Shown piece by piece: positions 46,914 to 57,100 of a DNA stretch of 64,000 nt. Within the stretch, counting starts at the first letter, position 1; each line of letters begins with the position of its first letter. The notes below the pieces were generated by a model that was not told where the DNA came from, searched no databases, and saw only the letters and a program-made list of their open reading frames with translations. The translations under genes and the position numbers were made by a program. The DNA comes from Scenedesmus sp. PABB004 (Eukaryota), in the NCBI GenBank assembly GCA_014905635.1, contig JABVCE010000003.1, positions 1,116,001 to 1,180,000 of the forward strand, written 5' to 3'.

Positions 46914-49900
46914 CGGCGCGCGACGAGCACGAGCGCCGCAAGCGTGAGGGCGTGCAGGCCGGCCAGGTTGGCGGCGAGGATGGCCATGCTGAAGCCGAAG
47001 CCCCGCCCCGGCCCGGGGCCAAAGAAGTAGTCCAGGACCGCGCCGCCGTCCACGGCGCAGCCGCCCTGGTCCGAGCCGAGCGCCGCGACCGCCGCGCCGC
47101 CGCCGCCGGGCAGCAGCTGCCCCAGCAGCGCGGCCGCGGCGGGGTCGGCCGCGCCGGGCGGCGGGCAGGGGAAGCGGCGGCCGCCGAGCTCCGCCGTGGC
47201 CATGGCCTCGAGCGACCACTTTGCGGCCGCGAGAAACCGCAGGTTGCTCAGCCCCGGCGCCCTGATCTCGCGGGCGGCGATGAAGAAGCCAGAGTTGACT
47301 GCGCGCGGCGGCGCGGCGGGACGCGCGCGGCGGCGGCGCGGGCGCGTCGGGCGCGTCGGGCGCGTCGGTGTGGCGGGCTGGCCAGCCCGCCGCGCGGGGA
47401 CGGCGCCGCCGCCTCAGGTCCCCTGAGCCCTGAGCCCTGAGCCCTGAGCCCTGAGCCCTGAGCCCTGAGCCCTGAGCCCTGAGCCCTGAGCCCTGAGCCC
47501 TGAGCCCTGAGCCCTGAGCCCTGAGCCCTGAGCCCTGAGCCCTGAGCCCTGAGCCCTGAGCCCTGAGCCCTGAGCCCTGAGCCCTGAGCCCTGAGCCCTG
47601 AGCCCTGAGCCCTGAGCCCTGAGCCCTGAGCCCTGAGCCCTGAGCCCTGAGCCCCGTCGCGCCTAGGTTAAAACACGTATAAAAGATCCCCATCATGAAG
47701 GCAAGGTCCTGGTTGGGAGCAACCGTGGCCGCCAGGTGCAGCACCTGGCGCGGCGCGCGGCGGCAGGTGTGGCGCGTCGCGCGGCCGGCGACAGGCTGCA
47801 CTGCGCCGCGCTGCAGCGCCGCGGCTGCGCCGCGTGCGTGCGGCGGCGCTGCGCGCCTGCACCGCGACGAGCGAGGTGAGCACGCCGACGGCGCACTGCG
47901 CGGAGACGGCGCCCGCGCCGGGGCGCAGCCCCGCGAGGCCATACTGCGTGAGCACCGCCGCCAGCGCGGTGAGGGCATGAAGCGGCGTGTGGACGACGAC
48001 CTGCGGCGCGGGGCAGGCGCGCGAGGGCACGAGCGCGTGAAGGCCGCACGGGCGCGCGGCGCGAGGGCTCAGGGCTCGGCGCTGGGCGCTGAGCCCTGCG
48101 GCCGCGCGCCTTGGCGGCGTAGAAGGCGGAGGGCGCGTAGAGCCTGGCGCCGCGCTCGGCCAGGAAGATGGCCCTGTCGTCGATGAAGCTGCGCGCGTTC
48201 ACGCGGCGGCGGCGTGGGGTCAGCGCGCGAGCTCAGCGCCTGCTGAGGCACACTGCGCCGCGAGCCCGGGCGGCGCGCTCGCTGACTCCCCGGTCCGGGC
48301 CTCACAGGCTCATGCTGACATAGGGCATGAGCAGCAAAAAGCAGAGGGAGCTGAAGAGCAGGTTGAGGCGCAGGCGGACGGACCCCGCGTGGGCGGGCAG
48401 GTCGTAGAAGAAGGCCGACACCATGAGGGCGACCCACACAAACACCAGCAGCCTGGCGGCCGGCGGCCGAGGCGGCGGGGCGAGTCAGGGCAGGCGGCGG
48501 TGGCCGGCTGGCTGGCGGGGAGGTCTCTGGGCCGGCCCACCTGCCGGCAATTTCGGCTGGGTTCCTGGTGGCCACCAGCGTCTCACGCCACACGAGCGCG
48601 CGGAACTGCTGCCACCAGCTCGCCGGGTAGCCGCCGCCGCCTGCGCCGCCGCCCGAGCCGCCGACCTGGCCCTGCGGGCTCGCGCTGCTGCTGTCGTCGC
48701 TGCCGCTGTCGCCGCTGGCGCTGCTGTCGGTGGCGGCGTCAGAGCCGGGCGCAGCGACGTGGATCGCCACCTCGCCGCGCGGCTTGCCGCCCCCGCGCTG
48801 CGCGGCGAGGCCCTCAAGCACCCGCGCCGCCTCCGCGAGCGTCGCCGGCGTGGCCGCCTGGCGCTCGCGCTGTTGGTCCAGCGCGTCGGGCGCGCCGTCG
48901 CTGCCGGGGAGGCTGCCGCTGCCGCCGCGGCTGAACGGCCCGCCGGGCAGCCGCGCCGTGCGCGCCTGCGGCGGCAGCCCCGCCGCGCCGCCCCGCTCGG
49001 CGCCGGCGCGCGCGGCGGCAAACGCGGCGGCCGCCGCCTCCAGCTCCGGCGGGCTGGCCATCGAGCCGACCAGGTCCAGCGCCCAGTCGCTCGCGAGGCC
49101 GTGCGCGGCGGGGTCGTACGCGCGACCGAGCTGCCCCGACAGCCAGGGCGCCAGCCCCGCCGTCGCGCCGTGGTACGTCAGCCGCCCCTGGGCCAGCAGC
49201 GTGACCTGCGCGTGCCGGCGGCGCAGTCAACGCGGCTGCGCGCCGCGCCGCGCCGCGCGCGCTGCGAGCACGCAGCGCGGCGCTCGCGCGCCGCGCGCAC
49301 CGAGTCGAACAGGCCCCAGATGGCGGAGCGCGGCTGGTGGATGGCCGCGAGGATGACGCGCCCGCCGCCGGCGCGCGCGAGGCCGCGCAGCTGGCCCACG
49401 ACGCTCAGCGCGGCGGCGCTGTCCAGCCCGCTCGTCGGCTCGTCCAGCAGCACCGCGTCGGGGTCGCCCAGCAGGCCGCCCGCGATCGCGAGCCGCCGGC
49501 GCTCGCCGCCGCTGAGCCCGCGCAGCAGCAGGCCGCCGGGCAGGCGGCCGCCCACGAGCGTCCCGCCGTGCGCCGCGAGCCCCACCGCCGCCAGCGCGTC
49601 CCCCGCCGCGCGCGCCTGCAGCTGGCTGCCGTCGCCGGCGGGGCCGCGCGGCAGCTGCATCGCGGCGGCAAAGAGCAGGACCTCGGCCGCCGTCAGTGTG
49701 GGCAGCAGGACGTCGTCCTGGGGCACGTAGCGGACCCGGCGCGCGAGCTCGCGCGCGCTCGCCGGCCGGCCGCCGAGCAGCACCGCGCCGCCAATGCTGC
49801 CGGTCGCCTTGCGGCCGGCGAGGACGTCGAGCAGGTGCGACTTGCCCGCGCCGCTCGGCCCGAGGATCGCGCCGAGCTCACCTGCGGCCGGGCGGCCGCG

Positions 49901-50262
49901 CCGCCCTTGCTTCCCTCACGTGCTGCGCGACTTGGCGCGCGCGGCGCGCACGCACCTGGAGAGGCTGCGCCGGAGACGCCGCGCAGCACGCACGCCATGC
50001 CGTAGGCGACGCTCAGCTCGCGCCAGGCCAGGGCGGGGCGCGTCCGAGTGCACGCGACTGCCACGCGCCCATCGCTGCTTGGAGCAGCTCGAGCGGCTGC
50101 ACCAGCTCGCGCGCGCCGCCTGCGCAGCCGGCCGGGCCACAGCCGCAGCGCCGCGCGCGCGAGGAGCGCGAGCGCGATCGCGTGGGCCAGCACCACAGCT
50201 GGCGCCCAGAGGCGCGCGTCGGCCATCTGCAGCGTCGGGCTCGTCCCAGAGAGCTGGCGCAT
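46901..50262 (-). CDS. ABCG (White-like) half-size ABC transporter, about 8 exons; start at 50262 or 50226
   Basis: Walker A GPSGAGKS, YVPQDD..PTLT, signature LSGGERRR, LLDEPTSGLDS, AIHQPRS, YPASWWQQFRAL, DRAIFLAERGARLY and an ABC2 TM domain in NBD-TMD order. Confidence 0.92.
47421..47651. repeat. Perfect (CCCTGAG)x33 heptamer array, telomere-like, in an ABCG intron
   Basis: 231 bp equals 33 exact copies and fills most of intron 47299-47662. Confidence 0.95.
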
Positions 50263-50511
50263 GCGCCGCAGGCTGCACGCGCCTGCCAGCGAGCAGGTCA
50301 AGCTACGAAAAGACGGTGGGATGCGCGCTGCGGGCTGGCGTGCGCGGCTGACCGACCTGGGGCGGCGGGTGCGGCAGCGGCGGCGCAGGACGCAGAACCA
50401 CGCCGCCCGCCCGCGCGCCGAGCCGCCCTCGGTGCTGCCCGCCCGCTCAGAGCTCCGCCGCAGCCCCCTGACGGCAGCTCCACCCCTGACGGCAGCTCCA
50501 CCCGGCGCCCT

Positions 50512-53018
50512 ATGGCGTCGCTCACGCTCGGCGGCGCGCAGCCGGTGTTCCTGCTCGACTATGCGGTCTACAAGCCGCCCGAGGAGCTGCGCGTCGACCG
50601 CCAGCTCGCCGAGGAGCGCGGCAAGGCCTGGAGCGTGCGTGCCGAGCGCGCGGCGCGCGCCGCCCGCCGCGCGCTGCAGCGTGCGCGACACCTGCCGCCC
50701 ACCACACCGCGCGCCCCCGCCGCCGCGCGCCGCGCAGATGTACAGCGACGCGGCCAAGGACTTCATGGTGAAGGTGGTCACGCGCTCCGGGCTCAGCTCC
50801 AACGGCACGTTCCTCCCCGCCGCGATCAACCCGCTGCTCGCGCCCGAGCCGCGGCACGACATGGCGACCGCGCTCGAGGAGGCGCGCGCCGTCATGACCG
50901 GCGCGGTCGAGGCGCTGCTGGCCAAGACGGGCCTGCGCGCGTGCGACGTCGACATCCTGGTCACCAACTGCAGCATCTTCTGCCCGACGCCCAGCCTGGC
51001 GAGCATGCTGGTCAACGCCTTTAAGTTCCGGTGCGCGGGCTGCGCGGCGCGGCGCGCGCGCTGGCCTGGTGGCGCCGGGCGGCGGCTCGAGCCGCCGCAA
51101 GCTCCCGGCTGCCTCTGAGCCCCCGCTGACCCGCCGGCGACCGCGCCACGCCGCCGCGCCGCGCCGCGCCGCCCAGGCCCGACATCCAGAGCTACCACCT
51201 CGGCGGCATGGGCTGCGGCAACGGCGTCATGGCGGTCGGCCTCGTGCGCGACCTGCTGCAGGCGAGCCCGCCCGCCCGCCCGCCCCCTGCACACCGCGCA
51301 CGCGGCGCAAGCTGGCGCCCGCACCACCACGCCCCACACTCGCCGCCGCCGCGTGCCGCGCCGCGCGCGCCCCTGACCAGGCGCGGCCCAACTCGGTTGC
51401 CCTCTTTGTGCCGGCTGAGATCACAACCTACGCCTTCTACCCCGGCTCACACAAGACCTACATGGTGGCACCCGCCGCGCCGCCCGCCGCGCCGCCCGCG
51501 CGCCGCTCGCGCCGCGCAGCACAGCGCCGCGCGGCGCGCCGCCGCGCCGCGCCGCGCGCGCGCGCTGCGCCGCTCGCCATGCTCACCGTGCGCGGCGCTC
51601 ACCGCGCGCGGCGCTGCCCCTCCCCGCGCCAGGTGGCCAACGCCATCTTCCGCATGGGCGGCGCCGCGGTCGCGCTCACCAACCGGCGCGGCGACGCGGC
51701 GGCCGCCAAGTACGCGCTGGTCGCCAACTCGCGCGTGCACACCGGCCAGGACGACGCCTCGTACGGGTGCGCGCCGCGCCCCCGCGCCCGCCGCCGCCCG
51801 CGCAGCCAGGGCCCTGCCGAAAGTGCCGAGCTCCGCCGCCCCCGCCCGCGCGCCGCCGCCGCGCTCTGCCGCGCGCCGCGGCCGCGCTGCCGCGCATCCA
51901 CGCACACGCCCCAAAAGCTGCATGAGCTGGGGCCCCGACCCCGACGGCGTCAACGGCGTGTACCTTGGCAAGAATGTCGTCGCCTGCGCGGGCGCCGCGC
52001 TCGACGCCTGCCTGCGCGCCGTCACGCCGCGGGTGCGGGGCGCGCGCGAGCGGGCTCGGCCCGCGCACGCGGCCGCCGCCCCCGCTGACAGCCGCCGGCG
52101 CCGGCGCCGGTGCCGCGCCGCGGCCGCGCCAGATCCTGACCTGGTCGCAGTACGCCGAGGCGGCCGCGGACGCGCTGGGCCGGGCGGTGCGGGGCCCGCG
52201 CGGCCGCGCCTGCTATGTGCCCGACTTCACTCGCTGCGTCGACCACTTTGCCATCCACGCGGGTGAGCGCGCGCGCGCAGCCGCGCCGGGCGGGCCGCGC
52301 CCTGAGCGCAGCCCAGCCCTGGGCTCTGTCAGGGCTCCGAGCGCTTGGCCGCCTCGAGCTCAACCGCCGCCGCCCCCTAAACCGCCGCCGCCCCCTAAAC
52401 CGCCCAGGCGGCTACGCGGTGCTCAAGGGCATCCAGGCCGGCATGCGCCTGCCCGCGTCGGCCATGCTGCCCAGCTTTGCCGCGCTGCGCGACTACGGCA
52501 ACACCTCCTGCTCCACCACCTGGTGCGCGGCGGCGCCGCCGCCGCTGCCGCTGCCGCTGCACTCGTGCGGCCGCCGGCGCGGGGGCCGCGGCCGCGACGC
52601 CGCCTGCGCGCGCCGCACGCGTGCCGCCCCCGGCAGGTACGTGATGGCCTACATGGAGAGCTGCGGCGGCGTGCGCAAGGGCGCGCGCGTGATGCAGGTC
52701 GGCATGGGCGGCGGCATGAAGGCGGGCGTCAACGTGTGGCGCGCGCTGCGCGACAACGGCGCGGTGCACCCCGCGTGGCGCCACCTCGCCGCGGCGCCGC
52801 TGACCGAGGCTGACCTGCCGCGCGCGATCGAGACGGCCGGCGGCCCCGCCGCCGCCAAGCCCGCCGCGGGCGAGCCCGCCGCGGCCGCCGACGGCGGCGA
52901 GCCTGCGGGCGGCAAGCCCGTCGCCCGCAAGCTCACCGTGGAGGTGCGCGCGTTCGCCGACGACGCGGCGGGCGAGCCGCAGCTCAGTGACGACCAGCTT
53001 GCCGACTTCGCGCACTGA
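50512..53018 (+). CDS. KCS: 3-ketoacyl-CoA synthase (FAE1/KCS family), about 9 exons
   Basis: PVFLLDYAVYKPP, DVDILVTNCSIFCPTPSLASMLVNAFKF, catalytic YHLGGMGCGNG, NAIFRMGGAAVALTN, YVPDFTRCVDHFAIHAGG, YGNTSCSTTWY and VWRALR. Confidence 0.94.
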
Positions 53019-53394
53019 GCGCTCGCGGCGCGGCGGCGGTGCGCTGGCGGTGCGCGCGTGAGAGTTGACCTGACCCTGCGCCTGATGGCTGACCGTGCTG
53101 ATGGCCGACCGGTGTGCGTCCGCACGTGTGTGTGTGTTTGGCAGAGAGAGCTGAGTTGGAGGGAACGTTGCGCCCGGCTGCCAGGCCGCTGCCAGGCCCT
53201 GGCCGCTGCGCCGCTGCGTCGCGACGCCCCGGCCAGCGCACGCCGCAAAGCAGCTGCCGGCGCCGCCCTCGCTGGAGCCAGCCCACTCCCCCCGCTTGCC
53301 GCACTCGCCACAGCGCCGCACACAGCGACGCGGCGGCAGCAGCGGCGGCAGCAGCGGCGGCCGTCGCCGGCGCGGCGCGGCGCCACGCCGCGGC

Positions 53395-55884
53395 ATGGCG
53401 GCGCCGGGCGCGATGCAGCCGCAGCGCCTGTACGTGGGGGGCCTCACGACCGGCGTGTCGGCGGCGGAGGTGGCGGGGCGCTTCGCTCCGTTCGGCGCGG
53501 TGGCCGCGTGCGAGCTGGTGCGCGCCAAGGGGCCCGGCGCCGACCCCTCGAGCTGCCGGGGCTTCGCCTACGTGACCTTCACGCCCAAGGACGCGGCCGC
53601 GCTGGCGCGCGTGTTCAGCCTGGTGCGCGGCGCGCGGCGGCAGCAGCGGCCGGCGCCGCCGTCTGGCCGGCGGCTGCGGCCGACGGCCCCCGCCCGCCCC
53701 GCCCCGCCCCCGCAGTACAACGGCTGCAAGTGGCGGGGCCAGGTCCTCCGCGTGGAGCCGGCGCGGCCGCACTTTGAGGAGAAGCTGCGTGCGGAGTGGG
53801 CGGCGGCGGCCGAGGCGGAGGCCGAAGCCGCGGCCGCGGCCGCCGCGGCCGAGGGCGCGGCGGGGCCGCAGCGCGCAGCGCTCGGCGCGGGCGCCGACGG
53901 CGAGGACGCCGACACCACGATCCGCATCACCGCGCCGGGCGGCAGGCACAAGGTGCGAGGCGCCTGCTGTCGGGCGGCGGCGTGGCGCGGCGCGCTGTGC
54001 GCGCGCCGGCCCGCCTCACGCGCCGCCGCCGGCGCCCCAGACCGTGCTGATTGACCTGGCGGCCAAGGCCAAGTCGTATCGCGGCTGGTTCCCCGCGCAC
54101 AAGCCGAAGCGGCTCGCCGACCTGAGCTGGGACCCGCTGCCGCCGTCCAAGCGGTGCGCGCGCGCTCGCCCCCCGCCCGGGCTGCTGCGCGGGCTGCCGC
54201 TGTGGCCGCCCGCGCTGCTGCGCGGCGCGCTGCCGCTGACGCCCCGGCGCGTGCGCGCCCCGCAGGGCGGCGCTGCAGGCGGCGGCCGACGCAGCAGACG
54301 CCGCCGGCGGCGGCGCGCCGGCGGCGCCCGGCGCGGCGCCTGGCGCCGGGCAGGAGCAGGGGCAGCGGCAGCAGCGGCCCGCCCACCCGCAGCAGCCCGC
54401 CGGCGACCAGCCGCAGCAGCAAGGCGCCGCCATTCCGTTCACGTATCAGGAGCAGCCGCCGCCGCAGCAGCCGCAGCAGCAGCAGCAGCAGCAGCCGGCG
54501 GCGGGCAAGAAGGTGCGGCACAGTCGGTGTGCAGCTGCGGCCTGCCGCCTGCTCGCACGCCGCGGCCGCTAACCGCCCTGCTGCACCGCCCGCCCGCCGC
54601 CGCCGCCGCGCGCAGGGCTCCAAGCAGGCGCGGCAGCTGCAGCAGGAGCACTTCAGCCAGCTCAAGCTGCTCAAGAAGATTGCCGACAAGGAGCGCGCGG
54701 CCGAGGCGCAGGCGGCGCACGACGAGCGCGTCGCGAGCGCGGCGGAGGCGCAGGCGGCCGCCAAGAAGGCGGGCAAGGCCAAGCAGCCCGCGAAGCAGGC
54801 AGCCGCGCCCGCCCGGCCGCAGCCGCAGGCGAAGCAGCAGCAGCAGGCGCCGCTGCCACCGCAGGCCACGCCGGCCAAGCCGCCCGCGCGGGCGCCGCTG
54901 GCGGGCGTGGTCGACTTTTCGGACGACGACGACGCATGCGCCGAGCTGGCGCACGCCGCGCAGCCGGGGGCGGTGGACGCGGCGCAGCTCGACCGCTTTG
55001 GCGGCGACAGCGACGACGACGAGGGGGGCGGCGGCTGGCCCGCGCCGGCGGCGCGGCGCAGGGCAGCCGAGCAGCTCGTGCCTGCGGCGCCAGGGAAGCA
55101 GCCGCGGCTGGAGCAGCAGCAGCAGAAGCAGCAGGCGGCGGCGGCGCCGCAGCAGCAGCAGCAGGCGGCGGCGCCGCAGCGGCAGCAGCAGCAGCAGCAG
55201 CAGCAGCAGGCGGCGCCGCCGCAGCGGCAGCAGCGAGGGCAGCTCGACGTGGGTCGCGAGTCCGAGCCGGAGGGCGAGAGCGACGCTGACGGCGGCAGCT
55301 CCGAGGACGACACGGAGCCCGGCGCCGGGCTGGGCGGCAGCGCCAGCGAGTCGGGCGACGGCGACGGCGCCGAGCAGCAGGCTGCGGCGCCCGCCACTGC
55401 CGCGGCGCCGCCGCAGCGGCGGCCGCCGCAGCACCAGAAGGCGCAGCAGCAGCAGGCGCAACACCAGAAGGTGCAGCACCAGCAGGCGCGGCAGGAGCAG
55501 CAGGCGCGCCGGCCCAGCCGGGAGGAGCTGCTGCGGCGGCTGGCTGTGCCCGCGCGCGCGGCGCCGCTGCCCGTGGTCAGCTTCCTGGACGGCGGCGACG
55601 ACGGCGCCGGCGGCGGCGCCCGGGCGGCGGCGCTGGACCGCTTTGGCAGCGACAGCAGCGAGGAGGTGCTGCGTGACGTGGACGACGAAGACGACAACGC
55701 CAAGGCCGTCGAGGTCGCGTCTCGCCGGTCCGCGCCGGCGGCCAAGGCCGCGGCCGCGCCACGCCGCGCCGCCGGCGACCAGCTGCTGTGTCCCGCCGCG
55801 CCGCGCGCGTGCACCGGCCGCGCGGCGCTGCAGGCCGTCGGGGCGTCGGGCGGGCGCGCGCCGGCGTCAAAGCGGCGGCGCTGA
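53395..55884 (+). CDS. N-terminal RRM protein, nucleolar protein 8 (NOL8/Nop8)-like, about 5 exons
   Basis: RLYVGGL...RFAPFGAV...CRGFAYVTF...YNGCKWRGQVLRVEPARPHFEEKLRAEW is a NOL8-type RRM, followed by a long low-complexity acidic/Q-rich tail with repeated LDRFGxDS motifs. Confidence 0.72.
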
Positions 55885-56478
55885 CGAGGGAGCGGTTCTG
55901 CGGTAACGAGGGACTCCAGGCCGTCGGAGGCCGCCGCCCACAGCTCCGCCGGCCCATTCAGCGCGCGGGCGCGCGACGGCGGCGGCAGCAGCAGCGGCGG
56001 CAGCAGCGGCGGAGAGCAGCCTGCACTGCCCGCGCCGCGCGGAGCTGCGAGCCGGCGCGCGACGAGCAGATCTCACCGTGCCAGCCACGAGGCCGGCTTT
56101 TGGGCGCCAGCGGGCGCGAGGCGGCGCAGGGCGCCGGGCGATTGATCGCCGACCTCTGCACAGCGCCCCCTGAGCAGCGCGCCGCGGCGCCAGGAGCGTG
56201 GAGCCGACGCACCAGGGAGCGGGAGGTCTCCCGGCCTAGCGCGCCGCCTGGTGAGCACGCGCAGCGCACCGGCGGCGGTGGCGGCAGCAGCGGCAGCAGC
56301 GCGGCCGCGCCGCGCCCGGGCAGGGCGCCGCATGGCGCCGCTGGCGGCCGCGGCGCGCCCACAGGGCACCAGCGAGCACGCATAACAATCGTGCCTCTCA
56401 CCCACGCCCGCCGCCCGCGCGCTCGCAGCGCGGCGCGGGCCCGCCGCCGCGCCGGCGCCGCGCCCGTCCGCGTCCGCC

Positions 56479-56832
56479 ATGCTGCCCAAGGGCGCCTTCC
56501 TGCGCATCGTGGACAACAGCGGCGGGCGGCTCGCGCAGATCATCTGGACGCGCTTCTCCGTCGCGGGCGCGGGCAACGTGGTCAAGGTCGCGGTCAAGGA
56601 GGCGCGCGGCGGCAAGGTGACCAAGGGCAGCATGAAGAAGGCGGTCGTCGTGGAGACCAAGGCCCCCACGCGCCGCCCCAACGGCGCGCACTATCAGTCG
56701 CTGCGCAACAGCGGCGTGCTGCTGAGCGACAAGGGCAACCCGCTCGGCAACCGCGTGCGCAGCATGCTCGGCTACGAGTTCAACCGCCCGCGCTGGAAGC
56801 GCGTCGCGATGCTCGGCAAGCGCCTGTTCTGA
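56479..56832 (+). CDS. MRPL14: Mitochondrial ribosomal protein uL14m (nuclear-encoded, single coding exon)
   Basis: 117 aa: LRIVDNSGG, VVKVAVKEAR.GKV.KG..KAVVV.TK..RRPNG, NSGVLLSDKGNPLGNRV. A probable 5'UTR intron lies at 56251-56428. Confidence 0.85.
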   Translation: MLPKGAFLRIVDNSGGRLAQIIWTRFSVAGAGNVVKVAVKEARGGKVTKGSMKKAVVVETKAPTRRPNGAHYQSLRNSGVLLSDKGNPLGNRVRSMLGYEFNRPRWKRVAMLGKRLF

Positions 56833-57100
56833 GCCGCGCCCGGCGCAGGGGCGGGGCGGGCAGCTGCGGCGCGGCGCGTGCGCGAGGAGCGCCGCGGCAT
56901 GAGGAGCGCGGCGGCGTCCGCGGCGCGCCGCTGTGCTGTTACCCCTACAACCCGTGCGACACCCAGCCACGCGCGCCGCTCGTTCAGCCAGAGGCTCGCC
57001 CAGCACCGGCGCTCAGAGCCAACGCCCCCCGTCCCCTTTCCCAGTGCCTGCAGGTCGGCAGGCTGTGCTGCCTGCCCACCCGCACAACCCGCGGCCGAGC

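Noticed and set aside
47421..47651. Possible CRISPR array
   Set aside because: Pure 7-bp tandem repeat with no spacers and no cas genes, in a eukaryotic intron.
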